A stretch of 64,000 bases of DNA, from assembly GCA_963756075.1 (NCBI GenBank), contig CAVWMH010000007.1, forward strand, positions 197,571-261,570. The letters are read 5' to 3'. Below, piece after piece: positions 37,745-47,062 of this stretch. The stretch is from Candidatus Dormiibacterota bacterium (lineage in GTDB: Bacteria; Chloroflexota; Dormibacteria; Aeolococcales; Aeolococcaceae). Position 1 is the stretch's first letter; each line of letters opens with the position of its first letter. The translations under genes were made by a program, and so were the position numbers. The notes under the pieces are model-generated. The model was not told the origin of the DNA, made no database searches, and saw only the letters and a program-made list of their open reading frames with translations.

Positions 37745-38572
37745 GTGGTTGAGGTACCGAACCCAGTGCAGAAAATGAACGAGGCGCAGGTGGGGATTCA
37801 CTCTCCGACGGGAGATCGCCGTCCGAGGGTCTCGCCCGACGCTGCTGAGCGCATACGCGAGTGGCACGAGGCCGCGTCCCACGCGGCAAACGGGGATGGT
37901 CGATCCGAACAGACGCTGACCTACCGCGGGATGACCGTCGTGACCCCGCCTGGGATGACGCGGGTCACCGCCGCCTCGCACCTGCTCGGCGAGGCGATCC
38001 TCGCGAGCGTTCACCCCGAGGACATCGTTCTTGACATCGGTTGTGGAAGCGGCGTCAACGCCATCCTTGCGGCGTCGCTCGGCGCCCACGTTGTCGCTGT
38101 CGACCTGAGCGATCGCGCCTGTGAGGTCGCCAGGCGCAACGCCGAGCATGCCGACCTCGCGGATCGAATCGAGGTCCATCAGAGCGACCTCTTCAGTGAG
38201 GTCGCGGGTCAGTTCGATCTCACCGTCTACGAGCAACCTTTTCGCTGGCGCGACCGGGAGGATCCCGTCGCCGCGGTCAGCTCGAAAGAGGACGTCCCGG
38301 CGATGATGACGTTCCTTCGCAGCGTGAGCAGCCACCTCCTCCCCGGCGGCAGGGTGCTGCTGCTGCTCAACCCCCCGGGCACGCGCGAGTACCTGGAGCA
38401 GCTCTGCGACGAATCAGGCTTGGTGGCGGAACTCGTCGCTCAGGAACGACAGATCGAGGACGGCCGGCCGGTTGACTTCTTCGCGTTCCGCTTGACTCCG
38501 ACGTCGAGCATCGCCGCCGACGACGGGAACTCGTGGGACATGAACCTGCGCGGTCGGGCCCGCGACAAATAG
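37745..38572 (+). CDS. Class I SAM-dependent methyltransferase (methyltransferase small domain, HemK/RsmC-like)
   Basis: VLDIGCGSGVNAIL motif I, VVAVDLSDRA motif II, SDLF motif IV region. The start is either 37745 or the ATG at 37775. Confidence 0.75.
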   Translation: MVEVPNPVQKMNEAQVGIHSPTGDRRPRVSPDAAERIREWHEAASHAANGDGRSEQTLTYRGMTVVTPPGMTRVTAASHLLGEAILASVHPEDIVLDIGCGSGVNAILAASLGAHVVAVDLSDRACEVARRNAEHADLADRIEVHQSDLFSEVAGQFDLTVYEQPFRWRDREDPVAAVSSKEDVPAMMTFLRSVSSHLLPGGRVLLLLNPPGTREYLEQLCDESGLVAELVAQERQIEDGRPVDFFAFRLTPTSSIAADDGNSWDMNLRGRARDK

Positions 38573-38596
38573 GTCGCTGGGTTCTCGCCCAGGCTC

Positions 38597-39077
38597 TTAA
38601 GGCTCAGGCCAGTGACGGAGCACACGGAACTCGCCGTCATTCCGCTGCCAGAGTTCGAGTCCCGGGGCGTTCCGCCAGCCCTTCACCAGCTTCGCGATGG
38701 CGCGTAGGTTCCTGGCCAGCGTCAATGCGGGCGAGGGCAGGTAGCGGCCCTGGCTGTCTCGTGTCATGTCCCCCTCGATTAACGTCGCCGGGGCGGCCCC
38801 CAGATCACCGTCCCCGTCGCGAGATATCCTAGCGGGCCTGGGTGGGCCATCACTTGGGCTCGCGTCTGCGCGGGACAAGGCTGAATGCGCGATGGCCGCA
38901 GTTCACGCACTTGAACCGCGGTCGATGGGTCTGCCAGCTCACGTCGGTCTGATCGAAGTGCAAGCGGATGACCCTGTCGCTCCCGCACCGATCGCAGCGC
39001 AAAAGGATGTCCCCCCAACTCCCCTGGGGCATGGCTTCGAGGATGACATCTCGGACGCGGTTTTTCCAGCCCATCAC
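38597..39077 (-). pseudogene. IS1595-family (ISXO2-like) transposase N-terminal remnant: zinc ribbon plus HTH-like region, frameshifted, DDE domain absent
   Basis: ORF 38850..39077 encodes CDRCGSDRVIRLHFDQTDVSWQTHRPRFKCVNCGHRAFSL, a C-x2-C...KC-x2-CG zinc ribbon. The adjacent frame (38597..38878) encodes GRYLPSPALTLARNLRAIAKLVKGWRNAPGLELWQR, which matches the LPL.KWF.AI.L...KGISA.EL.R region of IS1595 transposases. No catalytic domain follows. Confidence 0.5.
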
Positions 39078-39122
39078 CGCCCGCTTGACCGAAACGCGAG
39101 ATGCTCGCGGTGGGCAGCCCGC

Positions 39123-40079
39123 TCAGCCCTCTGGCTGCGCTGACCCAAGCCCGTCCGGTACGAATCGGGGGTCCGGAACCAGCTCGAGATTCGCTCCCTG
39201 GGCCGCGATCTCGAGCAACGCTGCGAAGTCCTGGTCGCCGAATCCCTGGCCGATGAGCCCCACGACGATCTGATGGGTGAGTGCCGTGAGCGGCAGCGGA
39301 ACGTTGCGCTGCCGCGCCGCCTCGAGGCCGAGCTCGAAGTCCTTGCGCAAGAGGTGACTGGTGAACGTGGGCGTGTAGTCGAGGTTCACGAACGCCGGCG
39401 TTTTGTACCGGCTGAAGACGGACCCGAGCACGCTGTCGTTGATGAATGCCAGGTAGTCCGCTCGCGCGATCCCACCGCTCTCGGCGAGCACCGTCGTCTC
39501 AGCGAGGATCTGCGCGACGACACCGAGAACGAGGTTGTGGCAGATCTTGACGAGACGCGCCGCCTCCCCCTCGCCGACATAGGAGACGCTCCGTCCCAGC
39601 ATCTGAAGGTACGGCAGGACACGGACATACGCCCCGTGGGGACCGGACACGGCAACGCTGAGCATCCCCGCGCGGGCGGCCTTGGGGTTGCCGCTGACCG
39701 GAGCGGCGAGGAGCGTCACGCCCCGCTCGGCAGCCCTCTCGCGAATCTCGCTCGATACGGCCATCGAGACGGTGGATGCGTCGACCACCACCGCCGGGGC
39801 GCGGGACGGGTTCGCGAGCAAGCCGCTGGGCCCGGTCATCACCTCCTCGAAGTCGCTTGACCCGGCGACCATGGTGATCACGATGTCCCGGTCCGCGAGA
39901 TCAACGGGATGCTCGACGACGCGCGCGCCGCGATCGAGCAGCGGCTTGGCCTTCGCGCTCGTGCGGTTGTAGACGGTCAGATCGCAGCCGTGCTCCAGCA
40001 GCCTCGTGGCAAGCACCTCGCCCATCCGGCCAACCCCGATCCATCCGAGGGTCTGGGCATCTGGCGCGTGCTCGGTCAT
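39123..40079 (-). CDS. NAD(P)-dependent oxidoreductase, 3-hydroxyisobutyrate dehydrogenase / tartronate semialdehyde reductase family
   Basis: LGWIGVGRMGEVLATRLL dinucleotide-binding motif and a HIBADH-type catalytic/dimerisation domain. Confidence 0.85.
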   Translation of the reverse strand: MTEHAPDAQTLGWIGVGRMGEVLATRLLEHGCDLTVYNRTSAKAKPLLDRGARVVEHPVDLADRDIVITMVAGSSDFEEVMTGPSGLLANPSRAPAVVVDASTVSMAVSSEIRERAAERGVTLLAAPVSGNPKAARAGMLSVAVSGPHGAYVRVLPYLQMLGRSVSYVGEGEAARLVKICHNLVLGVVAQILAETTVLAESGGIARADYLAFINDSVLGSVFSRYKTPAFVNLDYTPTFTSHLLRKDFELGLEAARQRNVPLPLTALTHQIVVGLIGQGFGDQDFAALLEIAAQGANLELVPDPRFVPDGLGSAQPEG

Positions 40080-40106
40080 GTCCTCACCCTCAGTGGCTGG
40101 CGGTGG

Positions 40107-40124
40107 TGCGCAAACGTTTGCCTA
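40107..40124. promoter_or_regulatory. Candidate LacI-family operator: perfect palindrome GCAAACGTTTGC upstream of the HIBADH-family gene
   Basis: tgcGCAAACGTTTGCcta lies 28 nt upstream of the start of the 39123..40079 gene. It fits the LacI-family AA-CG-TT core. Confidence 0.4.
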
Positions 40125-40160
40125 GCATAGCGGCAGCATTTTTGCGGTGTCAACGCGGGC

Positions 40161-41213
40161 TTATTCGGCGCTGACGCGCGGCCGTGCGCCGCGCTGGGAC
40201 CTGGCGGCTCCAACGACGGTGGACTCGCGCACGATGAGATCGGGCGTGAAACGCACCCGACGGCGGGTCGGCTCGTCGCTCTCGATCTGATCGAGAAGCA
40301 GGCGTGCGGCCACCGACCCGAACTCGTGGATCGGAACATGCATGGTGGTGAGGCCAGGGCTGACGCGGCTCGCCAGCGGAATGTCGTTGTAGCCGACGAT
40401 GGCGAGGTCCTCCGGGATCCTGAGGCCCATCTGGCGAGCCACCTCCGCGGCGCCGATCGCAACCATGTCGGTGACGGCAAACACGGCGGTTGGCGGTTCG
40501 GGCAGCGAGAGCAGCCGGCGCGCCGCGGCGGTGCCGCTCTCCTCGGTGTAGCCCGCCTCAACGATGAGGTCCGGATCGACGGCAAAGCCGGCGGCCGTGT
40601 GGGCGGCGAGGTAGCCGCGCCGGCGCAGCATGCCCGTGCTGACCGTGGATTTCCCCGCGAGGTGCCCGACCCGCGTGTGGCCGAGATCGATCAGGTGGGC
40701 CGTGGCGAGCTGCCCGCCGAGGAGATCGTCGGAACCGACGAAGGGGTCCTCGCCCTCGTCGCTGAAACGGTTGACCAGGACATACGGGCCCTTCTGCCTG
40801 CGCAGGTCACGAACGCTCGGATCCTTGAGAAAGCTGCTCGCGATGATGATCCCGTCGACCCGGCGAGCCTGGAGGCTCTGGAGATGAGATCGCTGCCGCT
40901 CGGGAAGGCCGTCGGTGTTGCAGAGCAGGACGTTGAAACCACGCGGTGCCGCGGCGTCCTCGACCCCGCGAAAGAGCGCCGCGAAGAATGGGTTGGTGAT
41001 ATCGGGGATGACCACGGCGAGCACGTTCGTCTGGCGCATCTTCAAGCCGCGTGCGATCCCGTTGGGCTGGTAGCCCGTCTCGCGGAGCAATGCCTCGATC
41101 CGCGATCTCGTGGCGGTCGCGATTCTCAGGCCGGGATCGTTGTTCGCGACCCTCGAGATCGTCGAGGGGTGGACGTTGGCGCGCGCCGCCAACTCCTTGA
41201 GTGTCACCGGCAT
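40161..41213 (-). CDS. LacI-family transcriptional regulator
   Basis: HTH MPVTLKELAARANVHPSTISRVANN and a periplasmic-binding-protein-like sugar/ligand domain. Confidence 0.85.
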   Translation of the reverse strand: MPVTLKELAARANVHPSTISRVANNDPGLRIATATRSRIEALLRETGYQPNGIARGLKMRQTNVLAVVIPDITNPFFAALFRGVEDAAAPRGFNVLLCNTDGLPERQRSHLQSLQARRVDGIIIASSFLKDPSVRDLRRQKGPYVLVNRFSDEGEDPFVGSDDLLGGQLATAHLIDLGHTRVGHLAGKSTVSTGMLRRRGYLAAHTAAGFAVDPDLIVEAGYTEESGTAAARRLLSLPEPPTAVFAVTDMVAIGAAEVARQMGLRIPEDLAIVGYNDIPLASRVSPGLTTMHVPIHEFGSVAARLLLDQIESDEPTRRRVRFTPDLIVRESTVVGAARSQRGARPRVSAE

Positions 41214-41225
41214 ATGCTTGGCCCT

Positions 41226-41268
41226 TGACATTGCTTTCAGCTGGGTTCTAGGCTAGCGCAATCGTTTG
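41226..41268 (+). promoter_or_regulatory. Candidate promoter of the transporter operon (TTGACA-N17-TAGGCT) with a second LacI-type operator gcgcaatcgtttg immediately downstream
   Basis: TTGACA is at 41226-41231 and TAGGCT at 41249-41254. The 13-mer at 41256-41268 matches the 40108-40120 site at 12 of 13 positions. Confidence 0.35.
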
Positions 41269-41311
41269 TTCATCGGCACACAGCTCGCCATGTCGCGAGC
41301 GGGGGACGAGC

Positions 41312-42547
41312 ATGCGGAAGCCAGTGTCTTTGGCCGTGACCGGGATCGTCTCAGTGGGCGCGTTGGGTCTTGCGGCATGCGGTAGCACAAGCCCGGGCGG
41401 CAGCGGCTCTCCCCAGGCAGCCACGCCGATCACCATCGGCGTCTCGGTGTCCTTGACAGGTGACTTCTCCGGAGACGGCAAGGCCCTCGTGCAGGGTTAC
41501 GACCTCTGGGCGAGGGACGAGAACGCCAAGGGCGGACTGCTCGGCCACCACGTGACCATGAAATACGTGGATGACGCGAGCAGCACCACGCAGGTGGTCA
41601 CCAACTACCAGAACCTGATCACCCAGGACAAGGTCGCGCTCGTCTTCGGACCGTTCAGCAGCCTGCTCACGATTCCGGCGTCGACGGTCACCGACCGCTT
41701 CGGCTACGCGTTCCCCGAGCCTGCGGGCGGCGGCCCGAGCGTCTTCAACCGAGGCATCCATTCACTCTTCTTCGTGCAGCCCGCCCCGGTCGAGGACAAC
41801 CTCGTGAGCTTCACGCAATGGGTGCTCTCGCTCCCGGCGAGCCAGCGACCGGCGACGGCCGCGTACTCCACCGAGGATGACCCGTTCACCCAGCCCCAGG
41901 TTGACAAGGCCCGCTCACTGCTCGAGGCCGGCGGCGTCAGAACCGTCTCGTACAAGGTGTACCCGGCCGAGACCACGGACTTCACCCCGCTCGCGCAGCA
42001 GGTGATCAACGCGAACGCGGATGTCGTCATCCTGGGAACGCAGGAGCCGGATGCCGTGGCATTCGACAAGGCGTTCCAGCAGCAGCACTACAACCCCAAG
42101 GCGCTGGTCGAGACCGCAGGGCCGGACCAGGGGTCCGACTTTGCCACCAAGATCGGGGCCGCCAACACCGAGGGGATCATGGTCCCGGCGGGATGGTGGT
42201 CGAGTGCCAAGACGCCTGGCAACGCAACCTTCGTGAGCGAGTTCATCGCCAAGTACGGCGGCACTGCCGGCGGGATCCCGAGCGATGCGCCCGAGGCGTA
42301 CAGCGTTGGTGAGGTCGTCGACCAGGCGGCGCAGAAGGCGCACAGCATCGTCAACTCCGCCCTCATTGCCGCGCTGCACTCGGGGACGTATCAGACAGTT
42401 CAGGGGCCGATGGCATTCGACTCCCTGGGCAGGCCGAACGGCGCAAGCTTTCTCGTTCAATGGCAGAACGGTGTGACCGTCCCGGTCTACCCGCCTTCAG
42501 CCGCAGTCGCTCAGCCGGAGTACCCCAAGCCCGCATTCTCCGGGTGA
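41312..42547 (+). CDS. ABC transporter substrate-binding lipoprotein, branched-chain amino acid-binding (LivK/Peripla_BP_6) family
   Basis: Lipobox LAACGS and a type-I periplasmic binding fold. Confidence 0.85.
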   Translation: MRKPVSLAVTGIVSVGALGLAACGSTSPGGSGSPQAATPITIGVSVSLTGDFSGDGKALVQGYDLWARDENAKGGLLGHHVTMKYVDDASSTTQVVTNYQNLITQDKVALVFGPFSSLLTIPASTVTDRFGYAFPEPAGGGPSVFNRGIHSLFFVQPAPVEDNLVSFTQWVLSLPASQRPATAAYSTEDDPFTQPQVDKARSLLEAGGVRTVSYKVYPAETTDFTPLAQQVINANADVVILGTQEPDAVAFDKAFQQQHYNPKALVETAGPDQGSDFATKIGAANTEGIMVPAGWWSSAKTPGNATFVSEFIAKYGGTAGGIPSDAPEAYSVGEVVDQAAQKAHSIVNSALIAALHSGTYQTVQGPMAFDSLGRPNGASFLVQWQNGVTVPVYPPSAAVAQPEYPKPAFSG

Positions 42548-42560
42548 CCAGGGGGGCGAC

Positions 42561-43436
42561 GTGACCCTGGTCCTGGAAGCCGTCGTCTTCGGGATTCTCA
42601 CAGGTGGCGTCTATGCGCTGATGGCTTCGGGGCTGACGTTGATCTTCGGCGTGATGCGGATCATCAACGTCGGCCACGGAGCCCTCGTGATCCTCGGCGC
42701 GTACCTCAGCTTTGCCCTCCTCCGTTCGGCCAACATCGATCCCTTCGTCAGCCTGCTGATCACCATGCCGGCGATGTTCCTGCTCGGGGTCGTGCTGCAA
42801 ATCGTTTTCATCCGGCCGCTCAAGGACGACCGCGAGGCTCTCTCGGTGTTGGTGACGTACGCCATCGCGCTGGGGATTGAGGGCCTCCTCGGGTACCTGT
42901 TCACCAACAACTTCGCGCAGCTGAACGCGTGGTACGAGACCGCGTCGTTCGCTGTCTTCGGCTTCCACATCGCCTACGTCTACCTCTTCGGGTTCGGGTT
43001 GTGCCTCGCGATCCTGGCGGCCATCTTCGTGGTGCTGTATCGCACGACGTTCGGATCCGCCGTCCGCGCGACGATGCTGAATCGGACCGCCGCACAGCTG
43101 GTCGGCGTGAACGTTGATCGCGTCTCGGCGATCGCGTTCGGGATCGGCGTCTCAACGGCGGCAGCGGGCGGAGTCATCTTCGGCATGACCAACGCGTTCA
43201 ATCCGGGGAGCCACTACGACCTCATCTCGCGGCTGCTCACGATCATCGTGCTCGGTGGACTCGGCAGCCTTCGCGGGGCCGTGATCGCGGCAGTTGCCAT
43301 GCTGATCATCGAGGACGTCACCGCCGTGGTCATCTCGCCCGTCTGGGCGAGCTTTGCGTTCTTCCTGCTCCTCGTCATCGTGCTCGTGGTGCGTCCGCAG
43401 GGGTTGTACGGTATTCGCGTTCGAGAGCGCATATGA
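42561..43436 (+). CDS. Branched-chain amino acid ABC transporter permease (LivH-type)
   Basis: 291 aa polytopic protein. MRIINVGHGALVILGAYL is typical of LivH. Confidence 0.85.
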   Translation: MTLVLEAVVFGILTGGVYALMASGLTLIFGVMRIINVGHGALVILGAYLSFALLRSANIDPFVSLLITMPAMFLLGVVLQIVFIRPLKDDREALSVLVTYAIALGIEGLLGYLFTNNFAQLNAWYETASFAVFGFHIAYVYLFGFGLCLAILAAIFVVLYRTTFGSAVRATMLNRTAAQLVGVNVDRVSAIAFGIGVSTAAAGGVIFGMTNAFNPGSHYDLISRLLTIIVLGGLGSLRGAVIAAVAMLIIEDVTAVVISPVWASFAFFLLLVIVLVVRPQGLYGIRVRERI

Positions 43437-44479
43437 GATCGCCGGCGCGGGTGCGCGCCGCCAAATGGACGGCACTCGTCATCGTCGTGGTCATCGCGGC
43501 GCTCGTACCAGTCTTTGAGACCGATCCCGCGACCGTCAACATCGCGGTGTTCACCGCCATGTACGTCGGCCTTGCCACTGCGTGGAACATCATGGGCGGC
43601 TACACCGGGTACGTCTCGCTTGGACACGCCGCCTTCTTCGGATTCGGCGCCTACGCGTTCGGCCTCGTGCTCGCGCACCTCGGTATCCAGGCCGGGTATG
43701 AGCCGTTTGTGTTCGTCCCGGTTGCCGGTGCGCTCACCGTGGTGCTTGCGCTGGTGATCGGCTGGATCGCGCTTCGCACCCGCGCTGCGACCTTCGTGAT
43801 CGTGACGATCGCAATGATGTTCATGATCCAGCTGCTTGCCGAGAACCTGGTGGGACTCACCGGCGGTGGCTCAGGCCTGAGCTTCCCGGTCCCGCCGTGG
43901 AGCGGCGACTTCTTCGACACGCCCTTCTACTACGCGATGCTCGTGATGGCATTGATCTCACTCGCCATCTCGTGGTGGATCCGGCGCTCCAAATTCGGTC
44001 TTGGGCTGCTCGCGATCCGCGACGATGAGGACAAGGCGCTCGCCGTCGGCGTTCCGGCGCACGCTTACAAGCTGACCGCGTTCATGATCAGCGCCGGCCT
44101 GGTGGGAATGATCGGCGCGATCTACGGCTACTACGTCACCTACATCTACCCGCAATACGCCATCGACCCGCTGGTCGGCATATCGCTGGTATTGATGGTG
44201 TTTCTCGGGGGCCTCGGGACGTTGTGGGGGCCGGTGCTGGGTGCGGTCATCCTCGAGCCGGCGCAGCTCTGGCTTGCGTACAACTTTGGGGCGAGCAGGC
44301 TGTACCTGGTGTTCTACGCGGCCGTGTTTCTTGTCGTCATCCTCCTCCTGCCCCGCGGTATCATCCCTTCGGTCGGCGACCTGGTGAAGCGCCTGGTTGC
44401 TCGTCGCGCGATCGGCCCGTCCGACACCGCATCGACGTCGAGCGACACGCACACCGTCGCGGGGGTGCAATCGCCGTGA
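43433..44479 (+). CDS. Branched-chain amino acid ABC transporter permease (LivM-type)
   Basis: 348 aa polytopic protein. Overlaps the upstream and downstream genes by 4 nt. Confidence 0.85.
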   Translation: MRSPARVRAAKWTALVIVVVIAALVPVFETDPATVNIAVFTAMYVGLATAWNIMGGYTGYVSLGHAAFFGFGAYAFGLVLAHLGIQAGYEPFVFVPVAGALTVVLALVIGWIALRTRAATFVIVTIAMMFMIQLLAENLVGLTGGGSGLSFPVPPWSGDFFDTPFYYAMLVMALISLAISWWIRRSKFGLGLLAIRDDEDKALAVGVPAHAYKLTAFMISAGLVGMIGAIYGYYVTYIYPQYAIDPLVGISLVLMVFLGGLGTLWGPVLGAVILEPAQLWLAYNFGASRLYLVFYAAVFLVVILLLPRGIIPSVGDLVKRLVARRAIGPSDTASTSSDTHTVAGVQSP

Positions 44480-45207
44480 GCCTGCTCGAGGTTGAGTCCC
44501 TCTCCAAGCGTTTCGGCGGTGTCACCGCAGTCGACGGATGCTCGTTGTCCCTGCAGCTCGGCAGCATCACAGGACTCATCGGACCGAACGGCTCGGGCAA
44601 GACGACCGTGTTCAATCTCATCACCGGTTTCATCGCCAAAGACAACGGCGACGTGCGTTTCAACGGCCGGTCAATCGCCGGTCTCGACCCGAATCGGATC
44701 TATGGCCTCGGGATCGGCCGCACGTTCCAGCTGGCACGCATCTTTCCGCGGTTGACGGCGCTCGAGAACATGCTCGTGCCCGTCCGCCGCTCGGGGGTCA
44801 GAGCGCTCTTCTCGCGGGGCCAGTGGCACGAAGAGAAGACCCGTGCGATGGACATGCTGGCGGCCATGGACATCGGCCACGTGGCCGGTCTTCTCGGCGG
44901 CTCGCTCTCCTACGGACAGCGCAAACTGCTCGAGCTGGCCGCGGTGATGATGGCCAGACCGCAGCTGGTCCTGCTCGACGAGCCGGCCGGCGGAGTGAAC
45001 CCGGCGCTCGTCGATCGCATCGGCGAGCACATTCGCGATCTCAACCGGCAGGGGGTCACCTTCCTGCTCGTCGAACACAACATGCCGTTCGTCATGGGGT
45101 TGAGCCAGCAGATCGTCGTGCTGCACCGAGGTGCGGTGCTTGCACACGGCACGCCCGCCGACGTCCGCGGCAATCCCGCCGTGCTCGACGCGTATCTGGG
45201 GTCATAG
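44476..45207 (+). CDS. ABC transporter ATP-binding protein (LivG-type)
   Basis: GPNGSGKTT Walker A, LSYGQRKLLELA signature, LLDEPAGG Walker B. GTG start overlaps the permease stop. Confidence 0.85.
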   Translation: MSLLEVESLSKRFGGVTAVDGCSLSLQLGSITGLIGPNGSGKTTVFNLITGFIAKDNGDVRFNGRSIAGLDPNRIYGLGIGRTFQLARIFPRLTALENMLVPVRRSGVRALFSRGQWHEEKTRAMDMLAAMDIGHVAGLLGGSLSYGQRKLLELAAVMMARPQLVLLDEPAGGVNPALVDRIGEHIRDLNRQGVTFLLVEHNMPFVMGLSQQIVVLHRGAVLAHGTPADVRGNPAVLDAYLGS

Positions 45208-45928
45208 ATGAGCGCCCTCCTCGAGCTCGACGGCATCACCGCGGGGTATGGTGGCGGCGACGTTCTTCACGAGTTGAGTCTCTCCGTCGAAGAGGGGGCC
45301 ATCACGTGCGTCGTCGGCCCGAATGGCGCCGGCAAGTCGACGATCCTTCGCCTGGTGAGCGGACTGATCAGACCGCGGCTCGGGAGCGTGCGCTTCCGCG
45401 GCGATTCGATCGCGGGCCTGAGTCCGCGCCAGATCCTGCGAACTCGGGATCGTTCAGGTGCCCCAGGAGCGCAGTCTCTTTCCCACCATGACCGTCTGGG
45501 AGAACGTGCGCATAGGTGCGTACACGCTGTCGGACCGAGGCCTGCTGGCGCGCAGGATGGCCAACGTGTGCGAGACGTTTCCGATGGTTGCCGAGCGCCG
45601 CCACGAGCGCGTGGCCGCACTCTCCGGCGGCCAGCAGAAGATCGTGGAGTTCGCGCGTGCGCTCATGCTCGATCCGAAGCTCCTCGTACTCGATGAGCCG
45701 TCGATGGAACTCGATCCGAAGACGCACACGATCGTGTTCGACCTGATCCGCGACATGAACAAGGCCGGTCGAACCATTCTGCTGGTGGAGCAGAATGCGC
45801 GCTCGGGCCTTGGCCTCGCGAGCCATGGCGTCGTTGTGGAAGGCGGTCGCGTGCGTCTCGAGGGAACGGGAGCGGGCGTGCTCGGCAACGGCGAGATCGG
45901 GCGACTCTTTCTCGGAGCACCGGTGTGA
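45208..45928 (+). CDS. ABC transporter ATP-binding protein (LivF-type); apparent frameshift at ~45438-45445
   Basis: GPNGAGKST...GLSPRQIL in one frame, then ELGIVQVPQERSLFPTMTVWEN...LSGGQQKIVEFARAL...LLVLDEPS in the next. Together they give a complete LivF. Confidence 0.75.
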
Positions 45929-46992
45929 TGGACTCGGAGATGAACCGCGTGCAGATCGCCGCGCATCACTGGCAGCCGAGATTTGTCGCCAACGGCATTG
46001 ACGTCAATGATTTCGAGAACGTGCTGGCGAAAACGGTCGAATGGGCGGACTGGGGGCCGAACTGGCGCGAGATGGGAGGGGTGCACGAAGCACTCGGCCG
46101 CGAGGCGGAGCGCCAGGGACGCGTGGTGTCGGCTGCGGCGGCGTACCAGCGAGCCGCGTGGTGCTATCACCTCGGCAAGTTCCTGTGGTTCGAGGACCTG
46201 GCGCTGCATGCAACGCTGCGCGACCAGGCTGTCGCGGTCTACGGGCGGACGCTGGCCCACCTTGACCCGCCCGCGGAACGCATCGACATCCCCTTCGAGG
46301 GTCACGTGATCCCCGGTCACCTCCGTCGTCCGAGGGCGGTGCTGAAACCGCCCCTTGTGCTCATCGTCCCCGGCCTTGATTCGTCGAAGGAGGAGATGTT
46401 CAGCATCGAGGACGAGTTTCTCCGGCGCGGGATGGCGACTCTCAGCATCGACGGACCAGGACAGTCGGAGAACTCCGTACATTTCGCCATCCGCCCCAAC
46501 TGGGAGACCGTGATCACGCCGGTGCTCGACCACATCGCGACCATCGGTCTCGACAGCGCCTTCGGATTGATCGGGCTCATGGGGATCAGCATGGGCGCCA
46601 TCTACGGTCCGCGTGCAGCGGCGCACGAGCCGCGCCTCAACGCAGTTGTCGGGCTGGCCGGCCCCTACAACCTCGGCGAATGCTGGGACGCGCTCAACCC
46701 GCTCACGCGTGGCGGCTATGTCTTCTACACCAAGTCCGCGAGCGAGGAGGAGGCGAGAGAGAAGGCGTACGGCCTCAACCTTCACGGGGTCCTGGAGCGG
46801 GTGACCCAACCCCTGCTCGTCATACACGGTGCGCGTGACCGCCTCTTCCCGCCCGAGCAGGCAGAGCGGATCGCGCGTGAGGCGCCGAACGCCACGCTGC
46901 TCATGTACCCGGACGGCAATCACGTGTGCAACAACATCGCCTACAAGTACCGGCCGGTGATGGCGGACTGGATGAGCGAGCAGCTCGGATAA
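45925..46992 (+). CDS. Alpha/beta-fold hydrolase
   Basis: Nucleophile elbow GISMGA, acid and His region (HGARD...DGNH). Confidence 0.75.
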   Translation: MMDSEMNRVQIAAHHWQPRFVANGIDVNDFENVLAKTVEWADWGPNWREMGGVHEALGREAERQGRVVSAAAAYQRAAWCYHLGKFLWFEDLALHATLRDQAVAVYGRTLAHLDPPAERIDIPFEGHVIPGHLRRPRAVLKPPLVLIVPGLDSSKEEMFSIEDEFLRRGMATLSIDGPGQSENSVHFAIRPNWETVITPVLDHIATIGLDSAFGLIGLMGISMGAIYGPRAAAHEPRLNAVVGLAGPYNLGECWDALNPLTRGGYVFYTKSASEEEAREKAYGLNLHGVLERVTQPLLVIHGARDRLFPPEQAERIAREAPNATLLMYPDGNHVCNNIAYKYRPVMADWMSEQLG

Positions 46993-47062
46993 GGAACCGC
47001 ACCGGTGACCGCGGGGAGGTGCACCACCCCGCGCCCGGCCGGTGCCAACAGGAGATGCAGTC

